From the NCBI GenBank assembly GCA_965116885.1, contig OZ220741.1, positions 1,536,001-1,600,000 of the forward strand: 64,000 nt of DNA, in the 5' to 3' direction. A program made the translations under genes and the position numbers. Shown here piece by piece: positions 1 through 9,665 of this stretch. Origin of the DNA: Candidatus Latescibacterota bacterium (lineage in GTDB: Bacteria > Latescibacterota > UBA2968). Within the stretch, counting starts at the first letter, position 1. The number at the start of each line of letters is the position of its first letter. The notes beneath the pieces are model-generated. The model searched no databases, was not told the origin of the DNA, and worked only from the letters and a program-made list of their open reading frames with translations.

Positions 1-96
1 TGTGTCGCCATTGCGAAAGGCGCCGGTGTCCGGGAGGTAGAGGGATTCCGCCCAGGCGATCAAATCGTCGCGGATGGGGTTGAGGGAGATTGTCAT
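1..96 (-). CDS. Hypothetical protein, N-terminal part (runs off window start)
   Basis: ATG at 96 on the minus strand reads MTISLNPIRDDLIAWAESLYLPDTGAFRNGDT open to position 1; starts 11 nt after the peptidase stop. Confidence 0.55.
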   Translation of the reverse strand, partial: MTISLNPIRDDLIAWAESLYLPDTGAFRNGDT

Positions 97-107
97 GCGG
101 TTCTCAT

Positions 108-2036
108 TTATGCCAGGGCCGCCTGGAGTCCAGGGACCTGGTCCGCGCCCTCTGGCACCTGAATTTTCGATCCTTGAAAGTCCTCTCCGACTGGTTCAAA
201 CTGTCCGCCCAGGTGCTCGGACAAGAACGCCTCGGCGACGGCGTAAAACGATAAGCGATTTTCCGGCCGTGCGAATCCGTGCCCTTCGTCCGGATAAAGC
301 ACGTAGGTCACGGGGATGTTTTTTTGTTTCATCGCCTCGACGATTTGATCGGATTCGACTTGCTTGACGCGCGGGTCGTTGGCACCTTGGCCGATCAGCA
401 GAGGCCGCTGGATCTGATCTACACGCGCAAGCGGTGATTTGGCGAGCAAGGATTCCTGCCCCTCCTCTGTTGTCCAGTCACCTACGCGATCTTTCATCAT
501 CGGCAGGATCGGAACCCAATAAGGCGGCACGTTTTGTAGTAACGTGACGAGGTTGCTCGGACCGACGATATCGACGCCGCAGACGAATGTCTCGGGCGTG
601 AAGGTCAATCCGACCAGGGTCGCGTATCCGCCGTAGCTGCCGCCCATTATCGCCACCTGGTCGCGTTGCGTGATCTTTTCATGGACTGCCCAGTTGACAG
701 CGTCAATCAGGTCGTCGTGCATTTTGCCGGTCCACTCGCCATTGCCGGCGTTGGTGAATTTCTTGCCGAAGCCGGTTGAGCCGCGGAAGTTGACGCTCAG
801 CACGGCGTAACCGCGGTTTGACAGCCATTGATGCTGCGGATCGTAGCCCCAGATGTCGCGTCCCCAGGGACCCCCGTGAACCAGCAAGACCAACGGGACC
901 GGATTGCTCGGCCGAGCATCGCCGTCGGGAGTGCTATCGGGGGGGAGCGTCAGATAGCTGATCAGGTTCCACCCGTCGCGGGATTTGATGGTCAGCGAAT
1001 GCATCCTGGCCAGTTGGTACTCGTCCAGGTCCGTGCGGTTGCTAAACAGGTAAGTCGCCTGTTTTCTGGCGCGGTCGTACAGGTAGTATTTGACCGGTCC
1101 GTTGTCCAGGACGTAAGCCGCCGTCCACAAGCGGTCGTCGAGCGTGCGGCTGGTGATGGACAATTCGCCGTCTTCCACCGAGTGCAAGTAATCCATGTCC
1201 TCTTGTATCGCCGGGTCCAGCACGTGCCAGCGGTTGCGGTCGTAAATGAACGATACGGCTTGTACGTGTTTCTCTGTCGGATGAACCAATATCCCGCCCA
1301 CATCTGCGTGGTCGTCCTCGGCCACCAGTTCTTGTTTGCCGGACGCCAGGTCGAGGGTGAACAAGGCGGCTGTGTTTCGCTTGCGGCTGTCGATCAGATA
1401 GAGGATCTGGTTTGATTTGTCAAAGCCGGTCAGATAGGTCGTCAGGGCGTCGGTGTTGGGAACCTCTATGAAGGGTTGCCACTGGTTGTTCTCGTCCCAT
1501 TGGAGGATCTCCTGTCCCCCGGTCGGCGAAAACGTCATGGCAAAACGCGTGCGGTCGTCGTTGTCGAACAAGTAAGAGACAAAGCCCGGATTCTCTTCGA
1601 TCAGGGTCCGCTCGCCGGTGGAAAGCGCGATTCGATAGACGTCGTGTAGTTGTGGATTGCGGTTGTTGATGCCGATCAGGATTTCGTTGGGTGTCTTTTC
1701 ATTGACTGAGAGAATCTGCGCGTTGACTTTTTCAAAGGGCGTCAGGTCTCGGGTCTCGCCCGTGGCGATATTCGTCGCGTACACGTGCCAGTCTTCGTCG
1801 CCTTTGGCATCCTGGTAGTACAGGATGTGCTGACCGTCATAGGTCCAGTCGTAGTAGCGGATGCCGCGTTCCTCGTCTTTGGTGATCGGCTTGGCTGAGT
1901 CGGGATTTTCTACTGTGGCGACCCAGACGTTCAAGACGCCCTCTACTGGCGCGAGGTAGCTCAGGTACTCGCCGTCGGGACTGATCCGAGCCATGGTTTT
2001 TTCTGGGTTGCCGAATAGCACTTGTCTGGGAATCAA
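108..2036 (-). CDS. S9 family peptidase (prolyl oligopeptidase/acylaminoacyl peptidase type)
   Basis: Beta-propeller N-terminus, HGGP, GGSYGG nucleophile, ANDPRV Asp and EGHG His motifs; AAGGAG SD before a TTG start. Confidence 0.92.
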   Translation of the reverse strand: MIPRQVLFGNPEKTMARISPDGEYLSYLAPVEGVLNVWVATVENPDSAKPITKDEERGIRYYDWTYDGQHILYYQDAKGDEDWHVYATNIATGETRDLTPFEKVNAQILSVNEKTPNEILIGINNRNPQLHDVYRIALSTGERTLIEENPGFVSYLFDNDDRTRFAMTFSPTGGQEILQWDENNQWQPFIEVPNTDALTTYLTGFDKSNQILYLIDSRKRNTAALFTLDLASGKQELVAEDDHADVGGILVHPTEKHVQAVSFIYDRNRWHVLDPAIQEDMDYLHSVEDGELSITSRTLDDRLWTAAYVLDNGPVKYYLYDRARKQATYLFSNRTDLDEYQLARMHSLTIKSRDGWNLISYLTLPPDSTPDGDARPSNPVPLVLLVHGGPWGRDIWGYDPQHQWLSNRGYAVLSVNFRGSTGFGKKFTNAGNGEWTGKMHDDLIDAVNWAVHEKITQRDQVAIMGGSYGGYATLVGLTFTPETFVCGVDIVGPSNLVTLLQNVPPYWVPILPMMKDRVGDWTTEEGQESLLAKSPLARVDQIQRPLLIGQGANDPRVKQVESDQIVEAMKQKNIPVTYVLYPDEGHGFARPENRLSFYAVAEAFLSEHLGGQFEPVGEDFQGSKIQVPEGADQVPGLQAALA

Positions 2037-2060
2037 TTTGGTATCTCCTTTTAGTTTTGC

Positions 2061-3290
2061 TTAAGACCAACCGCGCACCATATACGCCTGTAATATGCCG
2101 CTTTCATCGGAGTTGAAGAAGCCCGATTGTCCATCCGGAGAGAGGAAGGGGTGGATGTGCGTGTGTTTTTGCCAGGACGATCCGGGGTCCGCGACTTTCC
2201 GCGCGTTTGCGAGCGCGCCTTCCTCTTCTTCGGGGAGGTCGAATAGCCAGACTGCTCCGCCCGCATCTATTGGACCTGCGTCTGTGATTAGTCGTTTCCC
2301 GTCAATGTCTGTTGCGAAGTGGCAGAAGTCGGGCGTGTCGAAGGATCGGGACAGGTCGTTTCGCCAGCCGCCCGGGGTGTTGATGCCTTCGTCTCCGACG
2401 TGAGGCGCGGCGCGTCCGGAGATGAGTTGTCTTTCAGCGGGTTCGCGCGTGCTCGTGCTGGTGATGGCGATGTCGCTTTGTCCCTGCCAGCATTGATGCC
2501 CCTGACAGAATTCGTTTCCGTCTCGTCCCCAGGGAAAGTCGCGCAGTGCCGTGCCGTCGTCGCGGATCAGGTGGATGTCTGCGCCCTGTCCGCTGACGAG
2601 TGTTTCTACGCTGCCGTCGGGTGATGCGGTGTTTCCGTGGTTTTCCTGGATCATGATGTCGTGGGAGGCGACAGGGTCTGTCTGGCGCGTGTATTGTGGG
2701 TGGATGTTGCACCAGGAGGGTCCGTGAAAGATCAGGCGTACGGATGGTTTTTCAATTTCAAAGACGAGGAGGCCCCATGGCGCGCCTGCGGTTTTGCCGT
2801 CGCCGAGGAATCCCGAGATTGCGATGCGCTTGCCGTCGGATGAGATTGTGGAGAGGGGATACGGTCGGCTCAACCTGAAGTCGGTGTCGGATATGGGGTG
2901 ATCCAGGACATAGATGGTGTCGCGTTCTGTTCCGTCCATTTTGACGCGTTTGAGCGTCAAGCGTCCGCCCCCGGGTTCTGTTTCGTTGACGAAGTAGTAG
3001 AGCCATTCGCCATCGGGCGAGATGGATGGTCCGGTTGTTCCGAGTTCGGTGGTGATTGGCGTTAAGCTGCAATGATCCTCCAGGTCGCAGATGAGGAACT
3101 GATGCTCGGGGTCCTTTGGGTCGGAGCCGTGGGGATGTGCAGACCGGTGAATGATTAGCCGCTGAGAGTCGGGCGTGAAGATCTGCGCTTCCATGTAGAT
3201 GTGTGATGAAGGGACCGATTCATCCGTGAGCTGGATGACTTCGAGGTTGTTCCGCTCGGTCTCCGGGACGAGGTCGGGTCGGATTTTCAT
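2061..3290 (-). CDS. Beta-propeller protein, oligogalacturonate lyase/TolB-like
   Basis: HIYMEAQIFTPD start, SPDG repeats, C-terminal HIHPFLSPDG...FNSD..G..QAY; ATG at 3290 overlaps the upstream TGA (ATGA). Confidence 0.65.
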   Translation of the reverse strand: MKIRPDLVPETERNNLEVIQLTDESVPSSHIYMEAQIFTPDSQRLIIHRSAHPHGSDPKDPEHQFLICDLEDHCSLTPITTELGTTGPSISPDGEWLYYFVNETEPGGGRLTLKRVKMDGTERDTIYVLDHPISDTDFRLSRPYPLSTISSDGKRIAISGFLGDGKTAGAPWGLLVFEIEKPSVRLIFHGPSWCNIHPQYTRQTDPVASHDIMIQENHGNTASPDGSVETLVSGQGADIHLIRDDGTALRDFPWGRDGNEFCQGHQCWQGQSDIAITSTSTREPAERQLISGRAAPHVGDEGINTPGGWRNDLSRSFDTPDFCHFATDIDGKRLITDAGPIDAGGAVWLFDLPEEEEGALANARKVADPGSSWQKHTHIHPFLSPDGQSGFFNSDESGILQAYMVRGWS

Positions 3291-4018
3291 TTTTTGTTTT
3301 CCTTTGTATAGGTATGCGCGAGGTCGTCCTTTGGTTCCCATCCCAGAATACGCTTTGCTTTTTCGTTTGAGAATTTCTGGTGCGGTCGGTTTGCAAAGAT
3401 GTTGAAGACTTCACATTGCGATGGCAGGGTTTTGAGGTCGATGGTCAGGCCCGGTAAGAACGCGGCTGCTGCATCTCGCCAGGTTACGAGGAATGGGCGG
3501 TTTAGACCGGGTCTCGACAGGTCGTCGTGATAGCAGAAGATGTAGAATAAGTAACACAGTACATAGACATCGCTCTGCTCGGCAAAGATTCGGCAGATTT
3601 CTTGTCCCAGGCCCTTGGATAGGGCGTATAGATTTGTGCTGGGTTTGGGGGGGACATCGGGACCGATGTTGTGATCCAATGCCTCGTAGGGTGCGCCCTG
3701 TACGGTGAAGTGCGGTCCTGTGTTGATGACCCGCGGGATCCCTTGTTCAACTGCTGCGCGCATGATGTTGTAGCATCCCAGGGTGTTGACATCAAAGGCG
3801 ATCTGTCGGTGGGGACGCAAGACGGATAGGTTGATGATTGCGTCCATGCCCTCTGCTGCGCGCGTGACCGCATCGGGGTCTGATACATCTACGATCATCA
3901 TTTCGTGTGGGGTGTCATAAGGCTCCAGGTCGGTCAAACGCAGATCTACATGTCCTTCCAGTGCTTTGACTACGTGCGGTCCCAACTGGCCATTGCTTCC
4001 GTAGATTACGACTTTCAT
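3287..4018 (-). CDS. NAD-dependent epimerase/dehydratase (uronate dehydrogenase-like)
   Basis: GSNGQLG Rossmann motif, YALSK catalytic motif; GGAG SD before ATG at 4018. Confidence 0.8.
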   Translation of the reverse strand: MKVVIYGSNGQLGPHVVKALEGHVDLRLTDLEPYDTPHEMMIVDVSDPDAVTRAAEGMDAIINLSVLRPHRQIAFDVNTLGCYNIMRAAVEQGIPRVINTGPHFTVQGAPYEALDHNIGPDVPPKPSTNLYALSKGLGQEICRIFAEQSDVYVLCYLFYIFCYHDDLSRPGLNRPFLVTWRDAAAAFLPGLTIDLKTLPSQCEVFNIFANRPHQKFSNEKAKRILGWEPKDDLAHTYTKENKK

Positions 4019-4059
4019 GTTCTTCTCCAAAAAATTATTGTTTTGCAATAGCTTACGGT

Positions 4060-4083
4060 GGCGGGTTGGGAAACCCGCCCTAC
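4060..4083 (-). repeat. Single GTAG-tagged REP-like palindrome
   Basis: Minus strand GTAGGGCGGGTTTCCCAACCCGCC: GTAG tag followed by a GGCGGGTT/AACCCGCC stem, intergenic. Confidence 0.65.
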
Positions 4084-4121
4084 GTTTCTTTCGTCTATAA
4101 TCCCTACAGGTTCGGGTGCTT

Positions 4122-4766
4122 CTAAAGTCCCAGTGTTTGCTTTGCCTGGGCTGTGGGGAACCGGGCATTTTCAACGTCTGATTGTACGTGCAATACCTGC
4201 CACATGGGTCCGTTTGTCGCGAGTGCTTTTCCGATGGCTTTTACTGCGTCTTCTGTTGTCAATGCTGTGTCGCCGTCGCCGTCTATGTCTCCGAATCGCA
4301 AGCAGGTTACGCGGACTGAGTGCTCTCGCGCAAATTCTCGGCAGGTAAATTCACCCAGGTAGCGCGCCATGGGACCCGATTCTGTTGTGGGTCTCGGTGC
4401 CCAGACTTCTGTGACGTTCCAGTTGGGGTCGCAGGACGCGAATAGGCTGAGGGAACTGACATAGATGACGTGGGGGACGTTTTTCTCCCGTGCCGCGTGC
4501 ATGATGTTGTAAGTACATCGGGTTTGAAAGTCTATTTCCCGTTCGTCATTTTTCAGTTCTTCGGGCAGTTCCGCGAGATGCACGATGGCGTCCATACCCT
4601 GTACGAGGGCTTCTGTTTCTCCTTCGTGCCCGAGTTCGCATTTAACAAAGTCGCAATCTGTCTCTACTTCCACGAGATCTGTCAGGACGACTTCGTGCTC
4701 TTTCGACAGATCCGCTGATAGTGCCCGGGATAGTGCTGTTTTGCCCGAGGTGATCAATACGTTCAT
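4122..4766 (-). CDS. NAD(P)-dependent epimerase/dehydratase-like protein
   Basis: MNVLIT start, GMDAIVHLA, VIYVSS; resembles the downstream gene but with degenerate glycine and YxxxK motifs. Confidence 0.7.
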   Translation of the reverse strand: MNVLITSGKTALSRALSADLSKEHEVVLTDLVEVETDCDFVKCELGHEGETEALVQGMDAIVHLAELPEELKNDEREIDFQTRCTYNIMHAAREKNVPHVIYVSSLSLFASCDPNWNVTEVWAPRPTTESGPMARYLGEFTCREFAREHSVRVTCLRFGDIDGDGDTALTTEDAVKAIGKALATNGPMWQVLHVQSDVENARFPTAQAKQTLGL

Positions 4767-4782
4767 GGTTTGCTCCTGTTTT

Positions 4783-5633
4783 TTATCCTGCGTACCGTCC
4801 GATATTTGCTTCGTCGTAGTATTTATTCACATTTGGTATTTCGCGCATGCCGTGCCAGACGCCGCGGAACAGGGTTTGTCGCTTTGGGGGCATGGCGGCA
4901 ATGACTTCAGGTGGCGGGCACCCTTTGCCCCATTTTGCATTTACGGTGTTGTAACAGGTGAATAGGCTCAACCTATCCCATTCTTCGTTGCCCCATTTTG
5001 TGCCGGTATGACACAGGGCTTCGGTGAAGATCAGTGCGGATCCCGCGGCGCAGGAATACGTGTCCCACAGGTCGCTTTCGCGTCCGCTGAGGGTTTCGGG
5101 TCGCGGGAATGCGGCTTTGTGACTGCCCGATAAGAACATGGTGCCGTCGCCTTCTCGCACTTCGTTCAATTCCCAGACGACGCGGATCAATCCCGCGTGA
5201 ATTTTCCCCGGTTGCATCTGATAGATGTGCGAGTTGCCGCAGAAGTTGAAGTATCCACCCCCGCCATGGGGTCGGAAGTTGTCGTGACCGGCTTGTCGAT
5301 GACTGGTGTACGTATGGTCGAACCGAAATCCGTAGCAGTCTTCGGTTGCCAGTCTCTGATGTGAGATGATTTCGTTTAATACGCCGACCACAGCCGGGTG
5401 GTCGAGTAGGATTTGCGATGCGCCGCCGTGATTGTCGCGTTCATCAGGGAGCATGAGTCGCGTTCGTACAGAAATTTCATCTGGTGTTCGCGCACGGGTA
5501 TGAGTTCTTCTTCACTGAGCAAGCCGGGCAGACAGACCCATCCCTTCAGGTCAAACCGGTATTTCTGCTCTTCACTCATGGGCACGATGGGTAAGCCGTC
5601 GGCATTGGTCGTGGGTAGTAATGAGTTAGACAT
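4783..5633 (-). pseudogene. Phytanoyl-CoA dioxygenase (PhyH) family protein, frameshifted near 5452
   Basis: N-part (QKYRFDLKGWVCLPGLL) is in ORF 5376-5633; C-part (GSHK, GSALIFTEALCH, R.SLF) is in ORF 4783-5454; joined by a 1-nt frame change. Confidence 0.75.
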
Positions 5634-5654
5634 AAAAACACTCCTGAGAAATGG

Positions 5655-6644
5655 TTATATCCTCAACAATTCCTTCCACTGATCCTCATCTACGAGCACG
5701 CCTTTCTCCTCGCTCTCGCGTCGTGTCCGCAACATGCCTTCGCCGGGATAGCGCGCGGATTCGTGAACTTCATGCAGGTCGTCAATGATGCCGTTTACAA
5801 TGCGTTCACACAGTTCACGTCCGTTTAGTGATGTGACGTCAATTGCAATATAGGTTTGCGATACGGCGTGTTCATCGCCCTGGGCACCGATGTCGTGCGT
5901 TGTTTGACCGGCTGATAATAGCGCGGCGAGGGTGTCGAGTACAATTGCGAGTGCCGATCCTTTCCAGTAGCCTATTGGGAGGGCGCGTTTTGAATCGAGG
6001 ATGGCGCCGGGGTCGCAGGTCAGATTGCCCTCTGTGTCAAATCCGCCGGCGATGGGCAGGGTTTCTCCTCGCGCTTGCAAGACTTCCAGTTTGCCATTGG
6101 AATACTGGCTCATCGCCATGTCCAGGAGGATGTGTCCCTCTTTTCTCGGGATGGCCATTGTCATGGGATTGTTTCCAATGCGTTTTTCCGTTGCGCCCCA
6201 GGGCGGCATGAGTGGGGTTGTGTTGGTCCAGCACATGCCGATGCATCCCGCGTCGGCGGCTTGCAGGCCATAAGCTCCGGCGCGCATCCAGTGGTTTGTG
6301 TTGCGCAAGCCTATGCATCCCATGCCGTTTGCTTTTGCGATTTCGATTGCGCGTCCCATTGCGAGATGGGCATTGACCAGCCCGATTCCCATTTTGCCAT
6401 CCCATTGTTCTAAGACGCCGAGTGCTTTTACGCATTCGGGTTCGGCAGTGCCGTCTAATCGCCCTTCGCGCAGTTTTGCCAGTAGTCCGGGAAATCGGTT
6501 CAGGCCATGGGAATAGACGCCGTCGCGCTGATTTTCTGCGAATAATCGCCCGCATAATTCCGCGCGGTCCTGTGACAATTTTCCTTTCAGGAGTGCCGCG
6601 ACAAATGCGTCTTTTAATTTATTAAAAGGAACCCGTGTTTGCAT
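5655..6644 (-). CDS. yiaK: 3-dehydro-L-gulonate 2-dehydrogenase (Ldh_2 family)
   Basis: DGVYSHGLNRF, LRNTNHWMRAG, GNNP, DMAMSQYS, GYWKGS motifs characteristic of YiaK/DlgD. Confidence 0.88.
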   Translation of the reverse strand: MQTRVPFNKLKDAFVAALLKGKLSQDRAELCGRLFAENQRDGVYSHGLNRFPGLLAKLREGRLDGTAEPECVKALGVLEQWDGKMGIGLVNAHLAMGRAIEIAKANGMGCIGLRNTNHWMRAGAYGLQAADAGCIGMCWTNTTPLMPPWGATEKRIGNNPMTMAIPRKEGHILLDMAMSQYSNGKLEVLQARGETLPIAGGFDTEGNLTCDPGAILDSKRALPIGYWKGSALAIVLDTLAALLSAGQTTHDIGAQGDEHAVSQTYIAIDVTSLNGRELCERIVNGIIDDLHEVHESARYPGEGMLRTRRESEEKGVLVDEDQWKELLRI

Positions 6645-6675
6645 CTGATTTTTCCTTATTTAAGCATGGATTATC

Positions 6676-6748
6676 GTAGGGGACGGCCCCCGTGCCGTCC
6701 CGCTTGTCGTTGTTCTATGACGGGCGGGCACAGGGGCACCGCCCCTAC
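6676..6748. repeat. GTAG-tagged REP doublet (type A forward, type B reverse)
   Basis: GTAGGGGACGGCCCCCGTGCCGTCCC (6676-6701) and GGGCGGGCACAGGGGCACCGCCCCTAC (6722-6748); near-identical units at 36759 and 47139. Confidence 0.85.
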
Positions 6749-6751
6749 ATG

Positions 6752-7687
6752 TTACGCAATATCCCCAAATTTCCGATACAGGTCCTCTTCCAGCAAGGCG
6801 GCACCTGCTCGCGCATTGTCTATTACTTGTTCGACTTTTGTTGCGCCGGGGATGACGACGGGATTGGATTTGTGGGAGATGACATACCGGAGAGCGGTTT
6901 CCACGAGCTTTGAATCATCTCCAATAGCTTCTTTGATCGCTTCCAGCTTGTCCAGCATGTCTTCGTATTCTTCGCGGTCGGATTGTCCCGGGTTCCAGTC
7001 GTCGCGCACGGTGTCGCCAAATACGCTTTCGCGGTTGTATTTGCCGGATAAGACGCCCTTGGCCAATGGGCCTCGCACGAGGATGCCCAGGTTTTTTTCT
7101 GTGCAATAATCGAGAAATCCCGCTTCTGGTTCGCGATTGATCAGTGAGTAATCCACTTCTACTACGGCGCAGGCGCCGTTTGATAGTTCGTAGAAGTTTT
7201 TCAGGACATCCAGGCTATTTGTCGAAATGCCATAGGTGCGGACAAAACCCTCTTGGCACAGGGTATTAAAGCCTTCAATGTACACGGTTGGGTCTTCAAT
7301 GCTACCTTCATGGCATAACATGACGTCGATTCGGTCGGTTTGCATGCGGCCCAGACATGCATGTCCGCACAGGCGAATGGCATCAGCGCCTGTTTTTGGC
7401 ACAGGCGCCCCGGTGCGACTTCCCCAGTTGCCGATTTTGCTCACGATGATCAGTTTGTCGCGCATTGAAGGTGTCAGGGTTTTGCCGATGCGCAATTCGC
7501 TCATGCCGTTGGGGATGCCATAAGATTCGGCGGCGTCCAGCAGGTTCATGCCATTGTCAATCGCGGCTAATATAATATCGGTTGCCTCCTGATCGCTCAA
7601 CTCGCCCCACTGGTTGCCCAGGTTCCAGGTTCCCAATCCTACGACGGAAACACGCCACCCGGTTTTGCCAAATGTTCGATAGATCAT
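6752..7687 (-). CDS. Aldo/keto reductase
   Basis: GLGTW, LLDAAESYG, SE..IG, PLAKGVLSGK, IPGATKVEQV motifs. Confidence 0.9.
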   Translation of the reverse strand: MIYRTFGKTGWRVSVVGLGTWNLGNQWGELSDQEATDIILAAIDNGMNLLDAAESYGIPNGMSELRIGKTLTPSMRDKLIIVSKIGNWGSRTGAPVPKTGADAIRLCGHACLGRMQTDRIDVMLCHEGSIEDPTVYIEGFNTLCQEGFVRTYGISTNSLDVLKNFYELSNGACAVVEVDYSLINREPEAGFLDYCTEKNLGILVRGPLAKGVLSGKYNRESVFGDTVRDDWNPGQSDREEYEDMLDKLEAIKEAIGDDSKLVETALRYVISHKSNPVVIPGATKVEQVIDNARAGAALLEEDLYRKFGDIA

Positions 7688-8832
7688 TCTTGTCTCCTGT
7701 TTTTATTTTTCCACATGGGATAATCCTTTTCCAAAATTCGCGCAGGCCAGTATCCGTACCACGCATATCCGGTTCGCCTTTCCAGGGCGACCTGTGATAG
7801 AGAATAGACTTTGTTGCCGTCCCGGTTGGCCATGAAGGGGCGGTTTGTACCTATTTCGTGAAAGCGCGCCCACAAAGGCGGGGCGTCCGGGTCTTTGACA
7901 ACGATCAGGTCTGTGGTCGCGGTGTGATTTCTGAAGCGCGTGGGAGATATTTCGATGCGTTTTAGTCGAATGCCTTCTATTTTTGCGTTGTGAAACCATT
8001 GTACCGCACTTTCAATTGCGTCTATTATTTCGGGGCTTGGATTTTCAATACGCATTAAAAAATGCACGATCTTCGCCGTTTGTCCCGCTGTAATAGACGG
8101 CAATTCATAGGTGCGCGCTTTTACGGGTTTATAAGTTGTATGGTCGTGTTGTTGACACCATCCCGTTTTTTTGCCTTTGACGACGATCTGACATTTCAGG
8201 GTTACAGCAATCGCCCGGTGCAGTGCGGCTCTGGCTTTGGTGTGCAGTTCATCACTTGCCCATGCAAATTGAGGCTTGCGGTCTGCGATATCTTTCAACA
8301 GGGTCATTATGCCAATCATGACGCCATCATTATATGTAATGGCATCTACATCCCAACCACGCCATCCACCTGTGGGGTGTTGCTCTCGGAATATATAGTC
8401 CAGCCCCCGTTCGACTGCATTGCGATATCGCGTCAGGTCAGTCGCAACGTACACATTTGCCAGATAATCGATCTGTGAGAACGTGTTGTGATTGTCAAAT
8501 GTGCTGACCATCCGCCGTTCGCCTTTGATCGCTCTGACTGTGTCGGGGTCGATCTGCGCCTGCCAATCTACATTGTTGGGCCAGCCACCATCTGCGTTCT
8601 GGTAAGCGAGCATGTTTTCGGCAATATGGACAATTTGCGAGGGATCGTACATCGGATCGTTGCGGTCGCGTCCGTATCGCTTGCGCCAGTGACTCATCCC
8701 ATCTCGCAATGGGTGAAGGTCAATGGCTTGATATGTTTGCGCTTTGGCTGTTTCAATCCTGTCATTGGCTTGACAAAGCCCAATAGCGAGAAAATAGAAG
8801 ATTAAAAATAGGCAAAGTTTCATCTTTTTCAT
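7684..8832 (-). CDS. Pectate lyase, PL10 (PelA type), secreted
   Basis: Signal peptide; YQNADGGWP, STFDN, ITYND, WCQQHD, ARTYELPS, LWARF, ERRTGYAWY; ATG at 8832 overlaps the upstream stop. Confidence 0.9.
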   Translation of the reverse strand: MKKMKLCLFLIFYFLAIGLCQANDRIETAKAQTYQAIDLHPLRDGMSHWRKRYGRDRNDPMYDPSQIVHIAENMLAYQNADGGWPNNVDWQAQIDPDTVRAIKGERRMVSTFDNHNTFSQIDYLANVYVATDLTRYRNAVERGLDYIFREQHPTGGWRGWDVDAITYNDGVMIGIMTLLKDIADRKPQFAWASDELHTKARAALHRAIAVTLKCQIVVKGKKTGWCQQHDHTTYKPVKARTYELPSITAGQTAKIVHFLMRIENPSPEIIDAIESAVQWFHNAKIEGIRLKRIEISPTRFRNHTATTDLIVVKDPDAPPLWARFHEIGTNRPFMANRDGNKVYSLSQVALERRTGYAWYGYWPARILEKDYPMWKNKNRRQE

Positions 8833-9236
8833 CCATCCTCTCGATAGCCCAATACGACGAGCAGACATGAGCCATCGCCGATGACCGAAAGCCCCAATTT
8901 TTCTCCCGTTGATATCGCTTTTGCGCTCTCAGCACCGGGTTGCATCCACACATGTTGAATGCCCGCTTCGCGAGCTTGAGGGATTATGGTTTCTGTCACA
9001 GGGGGCGGTGTGATGATTGAGATGCCGTGAACGGGTTCGGGGAGTGAATTCAGGTCGGGGAAACAGGGTTGTCCCTCGATTTCTGTCTCTTTGGGATTTA
9101 CGGGATAAGCGGTCAATCCGTTCTGTAGATAGCACCGCAAGATCTTGTTGCCGTATTTTGCCCGGTCTCGCGATGCGCCGACAACGCCGAATGCTTTTCC
9201 TTTGAGAAATTCGTCAATTCGTTTTGGGATTGTCAT
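8829..9236 (-). CDS. CoA-binding protein
   Basis: VVGAS, YPVNP, VWMQPGAES motifs of the CoA_binding_2 family. Confidence 0.9.
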   Translation of the reverse strand: MTIPKRIDEFLKGKAFGVVGASRDRAKYGNKILRCYLQNGLTAYPVNPKETEIEGQPCFPDLNSLPEPVHGISIITPPPVTETIIPQAREAGIQHVWMQPGAESAKAISTGEKLGLSVIGDGSCLLVVLGYREDG

Positions 9237-9411
9237 GCAAGCCTCATTGATTTAATGGTATTGAGGAAGTCAACGGCCATGTTTTAAGATATTCGAAATA
9301 TAGCAGAAAATCCACGTTGAAAAAGGGTGCTGTCTTAAAATTTTACGTGTATAGCAAAATAAAAAATTGAGGATCAAACGTCCCTAAATAGTGTATCGAT
9401 CATTCCTGATG

Positions 9412-9447
9412 ATAGCGACATATCGTTTTTTCGCGACATATCGCTAT
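9412..9447. promoter_or_regulatory. Candidate upstream activator (enhancer-binding protein) site
   Basis: GCGACATATCG repeated at 9415 and 9433, with outer ATAGCGA/TCGCTAT symmetry, about 140-170 bp upstream of a sigma54 site. Confidence 0.5.
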
Positions 9448-9554
9448 TTTTATATAACCTGTTGTAATAAAAAAAATTATGCATCATTTCGGTTGGTTTT
9501 TTATGATATATCGTGAAAATTATGAAATTTAGAAAAATTAAAAATGTTCAATAA

Positions 9555-9567
9555 AATCAATATGTTA
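9555..9567 (+). promoter_or_regulatory. IHF-binding site
   Basis: AATCAATATGTTA matches WATCAANNNNTTR with an A-rich flank, lying between the putative UAS and the sigma54 site. Confidence 0.65.
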
Positions 9568-9582
9568 TATAAATAATTAGAG

Positions 9583-9599
9583 TTGGCACGGATATTGCT
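9583..9599 (+). promoter_or_regulatory. Sigma54 (-24/-12) promoter
   Basis: TTGGCACGGATATTGCT = TGGCAC-N5-TTGC, about 67 nt upstream of the haloperoxidase start. Confidence 0.85.
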
Positions 9600-9665
9600 C
9601 CTTTCAAATAGTCTGTAGTAGCTATGCCAGTTAATCTATCTACACTATCTCAGGAGGGAGATAAT

